DNA from: Longimicrobiales bacterium
GTDB taxonomy: Bacteria; Gemmatimonadota; Gemmatimonadetes; Longimicrobiales; Gaopeijiaceae
Length of the DNA stretch: 64,000 nucleotides
Assembly: GCA_965204735.1 (NCBI GenBank)
Contig: OZ242008.1
Location: 2,592,001 to 2,656,000 of the forward strand
Direction of reading: 5' to 3'
Positions 13,001-19,585 of the stretch are shown here, piece after piece. A model generated the notes under the pieces. The model searched no databases. It was given only the letters and a program-made list of their open reading frames with translations, and was not told the origin of the DNA. Both the position numbers and the translations under genes were made by a program. The first letter of the stretch is position 1; every line of letters starts with the position of its first letter.

Positions 13001-14967
13001 TCCCCAGGCCCTACCAAGTAGCGGAACACCAGCGAATTGCCTCCGCTCCCCAGAGAGTAGACCGCTTGCCGTGTCTCCGTCCCCATCGCCAGCGCCAGCC
13101 GCGGCGAGCCCGTCACGTCCACGTTCTCGCTGAACCAGAGGCCGATCTCGATCACGTCGCCCCGAGCGTACGTGCTGTCGTTCCCCGCTTCGCTCTCAAT
13201 CGTCGTGTTCGTCACGTGAGGCACCGCCTGAGCGCCGTTCACCTTGTGGGTGACCGTGTCCGTAAGAGTCACGGCTGCAAGCGAGTTGTCCGCGTCAACC
13301 AAGGTGCCCTCGAGGCGGACGGTGCCCGTGTTCGTCAATGCGCCCGCCGGCAAGCTTATGCCGTCCTCGTCCAAGTCCGCCTCCGTCACCAAGTATCGAA
13401 ACCATACGGCCCAGGGGTTCTGCTGGAACGGCATCGCCGTCACCGTGTCCTCCCCGATCTCGATCGCCAGCCTCATCTGCTGCCACGTCGGCTTGTCCAC
13501 CCGGTCGTTCCACGTGAGCCGCAACGCGAGGTAGTCGCCCGCAGCGTACGTGCGGTCGCTCCCCGGGTCCGTCTCGATCGGGAAGTGTATGGGGGCCATG
13601 GACGGCCTGCGCGCAACCTGGTGGTTCCTGTCGTCGCCGATCGCGTGGGCCCCCAACCCCAGGGTCGCGTTCACCGTGCTCGACCCCGCCCGCCTGATCG
13701 TCGCCCCCGACGGCAGCGTCAGCGCCGTCGAGTCCACGCTGATCCCGTCCGCGTCCCTGTCGTTGGACGTCCCCGGCACCACGTAGCGGAACCTCAACGA
13801 ATCCGTCCCCGTCCCCGAAACGTAGTCCGCCTGCCGCGCCAGCGTGTCGACCGTCAGGGCCAGCTGCGGCGTCCCCGTCACGTCCACCGAGTCGCTGAAC
13901 ACGACCACGACGCTGATCGTGTCCCCCTGCACGTACGTGCTGTCGCTCCCCGCGTCGCTCGTGATGCTCACGCCGCTCACGCTCGGCGCCGTGATCACCT
14001 TGTGCGACGCCGCGTTCGCGATCGCATGGTTGCCCAGGCTCAGGACCGCGTCCTTCGTGCCGAGCCTGATCGTGCCGCCGTTCAGCGCCAGCGCGCCCGC
14101 GCCGATGCTGATCCCGTCCGCGTCCAAGTCGCCCGCCACCACCACGTACCGGAACACCAGCGACGCCGTTCCCGTCCCACTCGCGTAGTTCGCCTGCTTC
14201 GTCGCGCTCCCGATCCCCAACGCCAGCTGCGGCGTGCCCGTCACCGCCACAGTCGAGTCGAACGCCACCGTCACCGCTATCGTGTCGCCAACATTGTACG
14301 TGTTGTCGGCGCCCGCGCTGCTGGATATCGTCACCCCCGTCACCTTCGGATACCCAGCGGTGGCGTCCACCTTGTGCGCCGCAGCGTTCGTGATCGGGGT
14401 CACGGCCTTGTTGCCCTGGTTTCCATTGTTGTCATATAGCTGAAAACGGTGTATCGCGTCCGCGGCGATGCTGATTCCGTCCTCATCCAAATCCCCTCCT
14501 TGCACAATATACAAGAACTCCACCCAGTCAGTACCACCATCAGTCCTGGACGTCAACTGTGGACAATCGCCGCCACTGCTGGAAGTAGTTGCGCAGGCTA
14601 CTCGCGTCGCCGACCCAATCGACAAATTCATTCGGACGTACCCCGAAGACAAGTCTATGGTTTCGTTACCCCAGATCCTCACCTTGATGGTGTCGCCCAG
14701 CCCATATGTGCTGTCCGTCCCCGCCGAGCTGACGATTTTCATGCTGTCCACCCGTAGGGTGGTTTGGGCACTCAGCGAGCCCGGCCCCACTAGTAGTAGG
14801 AGCAGGCCGAGGACCGCGATTGCGGTTCTGGCTACCGGCATCGCGCGGGCCTCAAACGCTCGGGCTAGGCTAGCCAGTCGGCCGGCCCCCCGGGGAAGGG
14901 GGGGGGGGGGGGGGGGCAAATTTGGCTTGACTGACTGACAGGCTTCTGATCTTGCTTCTTCCAGCAT
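1033..14967 (-). CDS. Giant (up to 4644 aa) autotransporter-like surface adhesin: signal peptide, 26 ~125-aa Ig-like repeats, 5 cadherin domains, 1 further Ig-like domain and a C-terminal beta-barrel
   Basis: Signal-like MPVARTAIAVLGLLLLLVGPGSLSA-Q (alternative start at 14841). Repeated D-T-I-x-V-x-V-x-F...VTGTPQLALxIG...YASGTGT...F-x-Y-x-V...D-x-DG-(I/L)-S-(I/V)...HKV units. Cadherin motifs such as ENxxG...ATDPD...LxYxL...VNExPxF. C-terminal WTLWGQ...YVGLDYRF...LYPYLSW region typical of autotransporter barrels, ending ITFK. Confidence 0.85.
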   Translation of the reverse strand: MLEEARSEACQSVKPNLPPPPPPLPRGAGRLASLARAFEARAMPVARTAIAVLGLLLLLVGPGSLSAQTTLRVDSMKIVSSAGTDSTYGLGDTIKVRIWGNETIDLSSGYVRMNLSIGSATRVACATTSSSGGDCPQLTSRTDGGTDWVEFLYIVQGGDLDEDGISIAADAIHRFQLYDNNGNQGNKAVTPITNAAAHKVDATAGYPKVTGVTISSSAGADNTYNVGDTIAVTVAFDSTVAVTGTPQLALGIGSATKQANYASGTGTASLVFRYVVVAGDLDADGISIGAGALALNGGTIRLGTKDAVLSLGNHAIANAASHKVITAPSVSGVSITSDAGSDSTYVQGDTISVVVVFSDSVDVTGTPQLALTVDTLARQADYVSGTGTDSLRFRYVVPGTSNDRDADGISVDSTALTLPSGATIRRAGSSTVNATLGLGAHAIGDDRNHQVARRPSMAPIHFPIETDPGSDRTYAAGDYLALRLTWNDRVDKPTWQQMRLAIEIGEDTVTAMPFQQNPWAVWFRYLVTEADLDEDGISLPAGALTNTGTVRLEGTLVDADNSLAAVTLTDTVTHKVNGAQAVPHVTNTTIESEAGNDSTYARGDVIEIGLWFSENVDVTGSPRLALAMGTETRQAVYSLGSGGNSLVFRYLVGPGDVDSTGISIGSSALTLNGGTIRRAGSVVNAYLGLRVHRVAEAAAHKVDGLAGPPAVVRMPITSDAGTDSTYAAGDTVQVAVVFNESVDVTGTPRLALGIGVQTRQASYAGGTGTDSLTFRYVVASGDADSDGLSIGGSALGLNGGTIRRAGAAVDATLSIVNFVVANAAAHKVLTSGATIVTGTSFTSDAGADSIYVEGDTIAIEVVFNRAVDVTGTPQLALIMSSTVQASYVSGTGTTTLRFNYVVAPGDNDTNGISYGRNALTLNGGTIRRAGTDVYLSLWNHVATDDRAHRVWEVPKIASVTLPTGAGSDETWAMSDIIDFFVVFDRTFNAAVTTANSGLWLTIGENVREGYVQNVNPGTRTIHWRYNPVLADLDADGLSVDSMTVGGSDYIRTPGAPAGAANAFLDFTPLVNLSAHKVNGAQAVPHVTSASIASNAGSDGTYALGDTIEAGLVFNENVDVTGTPRLELTIGTQTRRASYASGTGGDSLTFRYVVQLADSDTTGISIGASALTLPAGTTIRRAGSGTVNAYLGLRSHAIANAATHKVSGSQGLPMVTGLAISSDAGADSIYAAGDTVEVTVTFDSTVAVTGVPQVALEVDTLTRQAAYASGTGTNSLVFQYVVVTADRDSTGISIGASALALNSGTIRASGGTTNAYLALGSHAIADAAAHQVWGAYVPVVASVFFLDADNTGLSYASTDSVFGLGDVIRVGVGFNVAVDVEAGAQPPRVALGIDSQTRQASYCDKSGETIVVFCYTVVAADRDSTGISIGANALTLPSGSTIRRQGTTGDANLSLSPWNFANSVLFQVDGGKETAPGVSGMTITSDAGPDSTYAAGNVIEVEVAFDRAVTVTGTPRLALRIGSDTVQASYASGTGTDVLAFRHTVVATDVDADGISVDSTALALNGGTIVLAGGTAAASLGLGSNAVTNAGAHKVAGNALYVTGLTIDAPVVGDTFERGETIRAVVVFSGPASVTGTPQLALRIGSQTRQAAYASGTGTPSLVFQYTVVQADVDADGLSVDAGALTLNGGTVRRQQTTVNALLDLTGRTIANHSGRKVAGGTLTAATVAGVSISSAPASDSTYGRTERIEVEVTFNRRVVVTDTPQVALTIGSQTRQAEYTSGTGTKTLTFGYAVVAADADANGISIGASALALNGGTISDARDGSTAAGLGLGSYAIANAAAHKVDGAQGPPGVTGLAVASPPVGDTFERGDVIAATVTFNRAVDVTGTPQLALGIGSQTRQASYASGTGTTALVFQYTVVTADVDADGLSIGTTALALNSGTIRLSGGTLDATLGLGTHSVTNSTGHKVAGGTFTASSVSGVTISSAPSSGDTYGLGEEIEVEVTFVRSVNVTGTPQLALTVGAAARQAEYASGSGTATLTFGYEVVAADADADGIGVGASALALNSGTINDARDGSTAASLGLGSSAITNAASHKVDGALGPPGVTGLAIGSPHVGDTFERGETIEVKVAFNKSVAVTGTPQLALGVGSATKQASYAAGTGTDTLVFRYVVVTADEDSTGISIGTSALALNGGTIRVSGGTTDAVVSLRDHYVTDNGNYKVAGGTFTAAAVSGVTIASAPSSDSIYGRTEVIEVEVGFTRPVTVTGGPQLALGIGSQTRQASYASGSGTNTLAFGYTVVATDEDSTGISIGASALTLNGGTIADARDGSTAASLGLGSSAISNARAHKVNGSVGPPGVTALSISSPTVGDTFERGETIEVALAFTRAVDVTGTPQLALTIGSATRQAEYASGTGTDTLAFQYVVASGDADSDGLSIGASALALNGGTIKVAGGTLDALLALGSNAVTNSAGHKVAGGTFTTPAVSAVTISSAPAADSTYKLGESIEVKVAFGRPVAVTGVPRLALTIGTQTRQAAYDSATSKADTLVFEYAVRPADTDTVGLSIGASALTLNGGTIADVRPGSAAAALSLGSHAVTNAAAHKVDGSQGPPGVAGLSVAAPLVGGTFERGDTVVATVTFNKQVDVTGTPQLALSIGTQTRQAGYASGTGTAALVFRYVVVQADVDTDGLSVGASALALNSGTIDVAGGTTDALLSLAHHAISNHGALRVAGGTFTAASVSGVSIASSPADGSTYGLSEEIEVEVTFNRHVSVTGAPQLALTIGSQTRQAAYDSATSVGAGGRVLTFQYTVQSSDSDANGLSIGASALALNGGTISDARDGSTAAGLGLGSHAITNASGQAVDGSQGPPGVSGVSIASPPVGTTFERGDTIIATVTFNKAVDVTGTPQLALTIGAATKQASYASGTGTASLVFRYVVVTADVDADGLSIGASALALNGGTIDVANGTVDAVLGLGSHAVTNSAGHKVAGGTFTAASVSGVSLTSSPAVGTTYARGEQIEVQVTFNRRVAVTDTPQVALTVGAATRQADYASGTGTHTLTFRYTVVAADADTDGIEVGASALALNSGTINDARDGSTAAALGLGSHALSAAAGHKVDGTLAGASVTGVAVSSTPESGDTYGLGERIEVQVTFDRAVTVTGAPQLALTVGTATRQASYVGGSGTATLSFAYRVQGAGSGGSGTGGVDADADGVGVAAAALTLNGATIVNTADGVRPAVLALGSHAIAAAANDKVDGTVEAVPAVMAMAVTSTPGASGLYGPSSVIRVTVTFSRPVEVVGAPQLSIEIGTAVRQASYVSGSGTPMVVFEYVVQPADRDEDGISIPADALTATGGAALRIAGGTMAATLDLSGHEVENLEEHQVNGAGGTDPVFGRAEYEFELTEDVAGPVVVGTVSATDPFGGEVAYSLAAGDEGLFEVDARTGEVRYVGTGEDAESRSEFVMIVRATADDGERTGDATVTVRLVNVNDAPVFTAERYAFAMAENAAGPLALGVVEAVDLDEGDTLTYRLAAGDADRFAVDSVTGAVRYVGGGEDYEGAGPKSWELEVTATDLAGSSARALVAVALTNVNEGPAFADSAYAFDLAENERGPLLLGEVRATDPDGGDWLSYALTAGDAERFKVNATSGAVRYVGSGEDAETGPGSWELEVTATDRGGLTARTRVVVTLEDQNEGPVFVEPIWEWELAEHVAGPVELGAVQATDVDAGDTLRYSLSGAGAALFDVGESSGVVRYVGAGEDAETGPDGWEFEVVATDRAGLAAVAKVRVLLLDVNEAPAFVDSAYAFDLAENVRGPRELGRVEATDPDRDDALTYSLAQGDRGRFDVDGASGRVRYVGAGEDYEDGPPEFALTVRVTDGGGLTAEARVVVTLLDVNEGPEAVGSLSPPVLEVSGAPWEVGLGEYFRDPDGDALSYVVASSSPDVAAASVSGAGRLSVAPREIGATVVTVTATDAGGLTATQQASVTVSASRADRARALKLTLAAFGRSLGTETVETIGGRLGLEPSGSPGGSHVQLGGRSLSCLAFGGGRGSGGVSSGTASSRTFGDGGAAGDADADQGPGESAEASTAAAHAGSGRCGLESLVRDATGLLGFQITHPGVAGGSAGGTLDLAAIFFGDGATGMGVAGSGSLGQGGSYQGQREEGALPAERERGGIAFSPLTGRDLRSRSSFQLSFGGSGGEQGNADADGADAAPSQTASQAGWTLWGQANVGQFEGRPEDDFAMDGRTRSAYVGLDYRFGSGFLMGLAGSRSDVAANYESGINGVGKTKAHLTSLYPYLSWSSQGGFGIWGLAGAGMGAANVGEVGPPTYDADLRMRMGALGVRQKLVGGLALKADAFAVRMMTDASNGHVAAVTADAQRVRLAPELGGQWTSGSIAMRTRIEVGGRYDRGDAETGMGAEAGADLGFTHEGSGLSLDARGRMLLIHQDRNFKDWGAAVALRIQPRREDGGLSFSLEPSWGNASGGAQTLWQGGADVWRTAGVPGLGAPAPAAQPGAVPAGGDQAGHGGTTGPGGPASPGAGPTHGFPSAHGFGAPQNARGWAPDGLAMEVGYGLALPGGGQLKPFGRWSREGAAGYRLNVGTQWATLGGETAEQQASGLRLVMDFFGEQATDGFQPPERRVGLAGTITFK
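14898..14916. repeat. 19-nt G homopolymer (poly-C on the coding strand)
   Basis: Counted directly as 3+10+6 consecutive G; encodes the PPPPPP run of the long N-terminus. Confidence 0.95.
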
Positions 14968-15031
14968 TGGAGGCTCCGTCTCACTCAGTTCAGTTCAGCC
15001 TGGTCAGGCTGGCTGGCGTGTGCGATGCTAC

Positions 15032-15060
15032 AGTATGCGAATCCGTAGGAGTCCTGTCAA
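15032..15060 (-). promoter_or_regulatory. sigma70-type promoter of the adhesin gene
   Basis: TTGACA (15060-15055), 17-bp spacer, CATACT (15037-15032), about 65 bp upstream of ATG 14967. The -35 box overlaps the dusB stop codon. Confidence 0.75.
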
Positions 15061-16061
15061 GTCCAACATGCAGAGCTCGCCTCGTCCGTCCGCAGGTAGC
15101 CGTTCAGCGCCGAGGCCACCTCGCCCAAGCTGGTCGCGCGGAAGAGTTCCTGGCGCAGCCGGCGGCCCCCCGGCAGGCCCTTGGTGTACCAGCCCAGGTG
15201 CTTGCGGAAGTCCCGCACGGCCTTTTCCTGGTTGCCCTCGAAGGCTACGGCGTTCTCGGTGTGGCGCACGCATATCTCGAAGCGGGCCCGGGGCGTCGGC
15301 TCGCCGGGAACGGGCCTGCCGTCCAGCGCCGCGCGGGCCTGGCGGAAGAGCCACGGCGCGCCGTGGGAGCCGCGGGCGACCATGATCCCGGCGCAAGCGG
15401 TCCGGTCCTTCATGCGCAGGGCGTCCTGGCCGACGCGAACGTCGCCGTTCCCCACCACGGGAACGTGGAGAGCCCGGACCAGCGCCCCGATCTCGTCCCA
15501 ACGGGCTCGTCCCGAGTACATGTCGGCCCGGGTGCGGGGGTGGAGGGTCACCATGCGCGCGCCCGCGTCTTGGCAGGCCAAGCCGATCCGCACCGGATCC
15601 CGGCCGGCCTCGTCGAAGCCCGAGCGGATCTTGGCGGTCACCGGAAGGGGCGTGGCGTCGTCCACGGCTCGGACGATCCGGCGGACCAGCCCCAGGTCGC
15701 GCAAGCAGCCCGAGCCTCCGTTGCGCTTCACCACCTTCTTCACGGGACAACCGAAGTTGATGTCCACGAAGTCGGGGGCGTACGTCTCGGTCACCAGCGC
15801 GGACGCCTCGCCCATGGCGCCGGGGTCGGCCCCGAAGATCTGGATTCCGATGGGGCGCTCCTCGTCGTCGAAGCGCAGGTAGGCCGCCGTCTTGGCATTG
15901 CCCCGCACGATCCCTTCGGCGCTGACGAACTCGGTCAGCACCACGTCGGCGCCGAAAGTGCGGCACAACCTTCTGAACGGGGATTCGGACACGCCGGCCT
16001 GGGGCGCCAGCAGGAGGGGCGTTTCGGGGTTGCCCGGAACTGGGAAGGGCAGAGGCTTCAT
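15057..16061 (-). CDS. dusB: tRNA-dihydrouridine synthase
   Basis: LLLAPQAGVSESPFRRLC, GIQIFG, DINFGCPVKKV (catalytic Cys), LHPRT, VVGNGDV and GIMVARG motifs. Start placed at ATG 16061. Confidence 0.92.
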   Translation of the reverse strand: MKPLPFPVPGNPETPLLLAPQAGVSESPFRRLCRTFGADVVLTEFVSAEGIVRGNAKTAAYLRFDDEERPIGIQIFGADPGAMGEASALVTETYAPDFVDINFGCPVKKVVKRNGGSGCLRDLGLVRRIVRAVDDATPLPVTAKIRSGFDEAGRDPVRIGLACQDAGARMVTLHPRTRADMYSGRARWDEIGALVRALHVPVVGNGDVRVGQDALRMKDRTACAGIMVARGSHGAPWLFRQARAALDGRPVPGEPTPRARFEICVRHTENAVAFEGNQEKAVRDFRKHLGWYTKGLPGGRRLRQELFRATSLGEVASALNGYLRTDEASSACWT

Positions 16062-16096
16062 CTTCGGGCGTCGATGCGGTTCCGATGCGTTCGTCG

Positions 16097-16540
16097 CTAC
16101 TTGGTGACGAACATCTTTCGCCACGCGGCCCTGCCTTCGACCACCATCTGGACGAGGTAGACTCCCGACGCCACGTGGGCCCCGGTTCGGTCGCGACCGT
16201 CCCAGTAGGCTTCGTAGCGACCGGGGGAGCCGTACTCCAGCTGGAGGAGCGGCAACCCGTCTCCGCCTGGGTAGCCGAGCGCCAAGGGGGCGACCACGAA
16301 CTGCTGCAGGATGTTGTAGATGCGCACGGACACCGTGACGGGCTCCCCGTCCTCGAAGAGCTCCTCGGAGAGGTGGAAGGGGATCCGCGTTTCGGGGTTG
16401 AACGGGTTCGGGTAGTTCTGCTCCAGACGAAAGCCGCTGTCGCTCTCGTCCGGGGGCGGCGGCTCCTGGGCAGCGGCCCCACTGGCCGGACAGGAGACCA
16501 GGGCAAGGCAGAACGCCCGCATGGCAAGGCTTGGAAACAT
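16097..16540 (-). CDS. Small secreted protein with FlgD-Ig-like / T9SS-CTD-like domain
   Basis: Signal-like N-terminus; LEQNYPNPFNP...VRIYNIL...WDGRDRTGAHVASGVYL motif. Confidence 0.75.
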   Translation of the reverse strand: MFPSLAMRAFCLALVSCPASGAAAQEPPPPDESDSGFRLEQNYPNPFNPETRIPFHLSEELFEDGEPVTVSVRIYNILQQFVVAPLALGYPGGDGLPLLQLEYGSPGRYEAYWDGRDRTGAHVASGVYLVQMVVEGRAAWRKMFVTK

Positions 16541-16627
16541 CAGTCGGTAGCGTTCGTGCTATGGCCCTCCGGGCTCGACAATGGGACCTTCGGGTCGCTA
16601 TACAATAGGCGACCCCAGCGACAGCGG

Positions 16628-18547
16628 TCAACCGGAGAGCGGTCGACCAATGGATTCCGGCAGCTTCCGAGCCACCCGCCGGCCTCCGGCCGCCCGGGTG
16701 GTGAGGCCCGTGGCGTCGAAGTACGCCAGGACCGGGATCAGGTGCTTGCGCGTCGCCGGCAGGACTTCTCGGAAGTCGGCGGGGCCCAGCCCTTCTCTTC
16801 CCCCCAGCTCTCCCGCGACCCGGACGGCCGCTTCGGCCAGCGTCTCCGTCGCGACCCAGTAGGAGTCGCCCAGCAGGCGCGCCCGACCCTTGGCGGCCAG
16901 GAAGTCGAGCACCGCGGCCGTCCTGGGGTGGTCGGCCGCGTGGGCGGCCGCTTCCGCCGTGGTGGGGCCCTGCAGGCCCGCCTCGCGCAGAAGCGCGGTC
17001 AAGCGCTCCGCCAGCGCGGCTTCGTCCGGGGAGAGGACGGGCTCGAAGCCGGGCAGGCGGGCGGTTCCTCCCGACACGACCAGACGCCCGGCGGCGGCAA
17101 GGCGGGCTGCCAGGCCGTCGGCGAGCCTGGGGCGGCTTCGCGGGGGAAGGGCTTGGCGGAGAACGTCGAGGGGCGCGCCGGCCTCCAGCGAGCGGCGGCG
17201 GTGGTGGTCGGCGGCCGCCGCCACGATGCGGGACTCCCCGTCGGCGACGATCTCGGGGGCGAAGAGGGCGCCGTCCCACGACCAAGCCGCGGAGTCCGGG
17301 TCGGAAGACGGGCCGCGGGTGGGGCCGGCGAGCATCCCCAGGTCGCTCTCGTCCACTCCGCTCCAGCCTGCCAGGACCGCGGCGCCGTCGACCGCCTCTT
17401 GGCCTCCCCGGGCCAGCCGGCTCAGCGCGAGCCGCTCCTGGTCCGCCAGCCGCTTGCGCTTGGGGGGCGCTGGTTCCAGCACGACTCCGCCCGCGATGGT
17501 GGTGACGGGGGAGTAGGAACGGACCACGAGACGGTCTCCGCAGCGGGCCACGACCCGGCCTTCCAGGCGGAGCTGGGCGAAGGCGGCCGTCCCCGGCGGA
17601 ATCTGGTCGGCGCCGAAGAGCGCGACGCGGGCCATCACCTCGATCGTGCCCAGGTGGACGCGCACGCGCTGGCCGGCCTCGACGCGCCAGCCGGTGTCGG
17701 GCAGGCACGCCAGCTCGACGGTGAGCATCATCGACGGGCGCCAGCTGGGATCGGAGACGAGCACGTCGCCTCGGGCGATCATCCCCCGGCGCACGGAGGC
17801 CCCCGTGAGGGCGACGGCGGTGCGCTGGCCGGCCACGGCGGCCTCCACCTGCTCTCCATGAACCTGAAGGGCTCGGACTCGCGCTCGGCCTTCGCCCGGA
17901 AGGATGCGCACGGCGCCGCCACGGGTCAGCGAGCCGGACCAGAGGGTGCCCGTTGCGACGGTGCCGGCGCCTTCCACGGCGAAGACCCGGTCCACGGGCA
18001 GCCGGAAGAGGTCGTCCTCGTCGCGACGCCGGGCCCGACCTCCGCAGTGGACCAGAGCCTGGGCAAGCGCCGGAAGCCCGTCGCCCGTCGCGACCGACGT
18101 CGGCACGACCTTCGCGTCGCGGTACGACGTGCCCGCAAGGAGGTCGGCCATGTCTTCCCGCACCAGCTCCAGCCACTCGGCGTCCACAAGGTCCGCCTTG
18201 GTAAGGGCCACGACGATCTCCGCGACCCCCAGCAGCCGGACGATGGCCAGGTGCTCTCGGGTCTGGGGCATGACGCCCTCGTCGGCCGCCACTGCAAGAA
18301 GGACCACGTCCATTCCCGTCGCGCCGGCGACCATCGTCTTCACGAAGCCCTCGTGGCCCGGCACGTCCACGACGCCGAAGGCGACGCCCTCGACGGGCGC
18401 GTAGCGGGCGAACCCGAGCTCGATCGTGATTCCCCGCTGCTTCTCCTCGGCCAGCCGGTCGGTGTCCACGCCGGTGAGGGCGCGCACGAGGGCGGTCTTG
18501 CCGTGGTCGATGTGACCGGCGGTGCCGAGGACGAGACTACGGCCCAT
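16628..18547 (-). CDS. selB: Selenocysteine-specific elongation factor
   Basis: [59 protein letters not shown], and a C-terminal winged-helix [13 protein letters not shown]. Confidence 0.95.
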   Translation of the reverse strand: MGRSLVLGTAGHIDHGKTALVRALTGVDTDRLAEEKQRGITIELGFARYAPVEGVAFGVVDVPGHEGFVKTMVAGATGMDVVLLAVAADEGVMPQTREHLAIVRLLGVAEIVVALTKADLVDAEWLELVREDMADLLAGTSYRDAKVVPTSVATGDGLPALAQALVHCGGRARRRDEDDLFRLPVDRVFAVEGAGTVATGTLWSGSLTRGGAVRILPGEGRARVRALQVHGEQVEAAVAGQRTAVALTGASVRRGMIARGDVLVSDPSWRPSMMLTVELACLPDTGWRVEAGQRVRVHLGTIEVMARVALFGADQIPPGTAAFAQLRLEGRVVARCGDRLVVRSYSPVTTIAGGVVLEPAPPKRKRLADQERLALSRLARGGQEAVDGAAVLAGWSGVDESDLGMLAGPTRGPSSDPDSAAWSWDGALFAPEIVADGESRIVAAAADHHRRRSLEAGAPLDVLRQALPPRSRPRLADGLAARLAAAGRLVVSGGTARLPGFEPVLSPDEAALAERLTALLREAGLQGPTTAEAAAHAADHPRTAAVLDFLAAKGRARLLGDSYWVATETLAEAAVRVAGELGGREGLGPADFREVLPATRKHLIPVLAYFDATGLTTRAAGGRRVARKLPESIGRPLSG

Positions 18548-19499
18548 CGGGGGCGCGGCGGTCCGCGGGACGACGGCGGTCGAAGGGGCGACGGTGGGCG
18601 GGCGAGGAGCGGCCGGCGGGCGGGGGGCGTTCGGCAGGCGCGGCAGGGCCGGAAGGGCGCAGGAAGCGGAAGGAGTCCGGGCGGCGTCCCTCCAGCAGGT
18701 GGCGGGTCACGAAGTCGTCGAGAAGGGCCAGGTGGGCGGGGGCGACGGGAAGGGGGGGCGCAGCGTCGCGCGGCGGAGGGCTGTCGAGCCGCGTCCCGGC
18801 CGGGCGTCCGGAGGGGGGCGCGGCGTCGCGCGGCGGAGGGGCCGAGGCACCGGAGGAAGGAGCCGTCGGCGGGCAGGCGTCCCCCTTCAGAAAGCAGGCG
18901 ATCTGGGCGCGGGCGCCGGGGCCGATCCGACGAGAGCCGCCGGGGGCGTCGCACGCCGAGCAGCGGACGCCGCCGGCGTCCAGGTCGAAGCGTGCCATCT
19001 CGTCGCCGTCCAGGGTGCGGCCGCAGCCGGTGCAGGCCGCCAGCTCCGGACCGAATCCGAAGAGGTGGACGATCGACCAGCCGAGGGCCAGGACTTCCGT
19101 CGCGAGGGCGGCGGACGGCGCGCGCTCCAGGCGGTCCAAGCCCCGGGACAGCAGGTCGTACAGTCCCGCGTGGGGCTCCTGGCCCGCGTGGCGAAGCACC
19201 AGCTCCGCCGCAAGAGAGGCACCTGCCAACCGTTGAAGGTCGGCGGCGAGACCGATGCGGGCGCTTCGCGGGGTGAACTCGCGCAGGGACTGAAGCTCGC
19301 GGCTTTCTCGCACAAGGATCACCGCAACGCCTTCGCCGAAGGTGCCGGGGGCGCCCCTGCCCTTCGACGCCCCGCGGCGGACGCCCCGAGCCATGACGCT
19401 CACCAGCCCCAGGACTCGGGTGTAGAAGCGCAGGACCCGACTGCTCTCCGAGTAGGGATGGGAGCGGAGGAGGATGGCGCGGGTCGTCACCGGAGACAC
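18537..19499 (-). CDS. recO: DNA repair protein RecO
   Basis: TRAILLRSHPYSESSRVLRFYTRVLGLVSVMARGVR N-terminus and a CTGCG...CSAC zinc finger. Start placed at GTG 19499. Confidence 0.88.
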   Translation of the reverse strand: MSPVTTRAILLRSHPYSESSRVLRFYTRVLGLVSVMARGVRRGASKGRGAPGTFGEGVAVILVRESRELQSLREFTPRSARIGLAADLQRLAGASLAAELVLRHAGQEPHAGLYDLLSRGLDRLERAPSAALATEVLALGWSIVHLFGFGPELAACTGCGRTLDGDEMARFDLDAGGVRCSACDAPGGSRRIGPGARAQIACFLKGDACPPTAPSSGASAPPPRDAAPPSGRPAGTRLDSPPPRDAAPPLPVAPAHLALLDDFVTRHLLEGRRPDSFRFLRPSGPAAPAERPPPAGRSSPAHRRPFDRRRPADRRAPDGP

Positions 19500-19585
19500 G
19501 AAGCGGGCTCCCCAGGCCTGCCGTCTCCGCGACCGAACCGCGGGTCGGCTGCACGGGCCTTCGCCGGAGACACGGAGCGGGCGCC

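Noticed and set aside
1336..14439. 4367-aa plus-strand ORF and many shorter plus-strand ORFs over the adhesin
   Set aside because: Arg-rich antisense shadows of a repetitive high-GC gene with no recognisable motifs.
1033..14967. Diversity-generating retroelement acting on the adhesin
   Set aside because: No reverse transcriptase in the window, and no template/variable repeat pair differing only at adenines was seen.
16575..16610. GACC-TTCG-GGTC hairpin and TATACAAT between selB and the FlgD-like gene, as a tRNA-Sec, SECIS or promoter
   Set aside because: Too short for a tRNA, no linked in-frame TGA, and promoter spacing is ambiguous on both strands.
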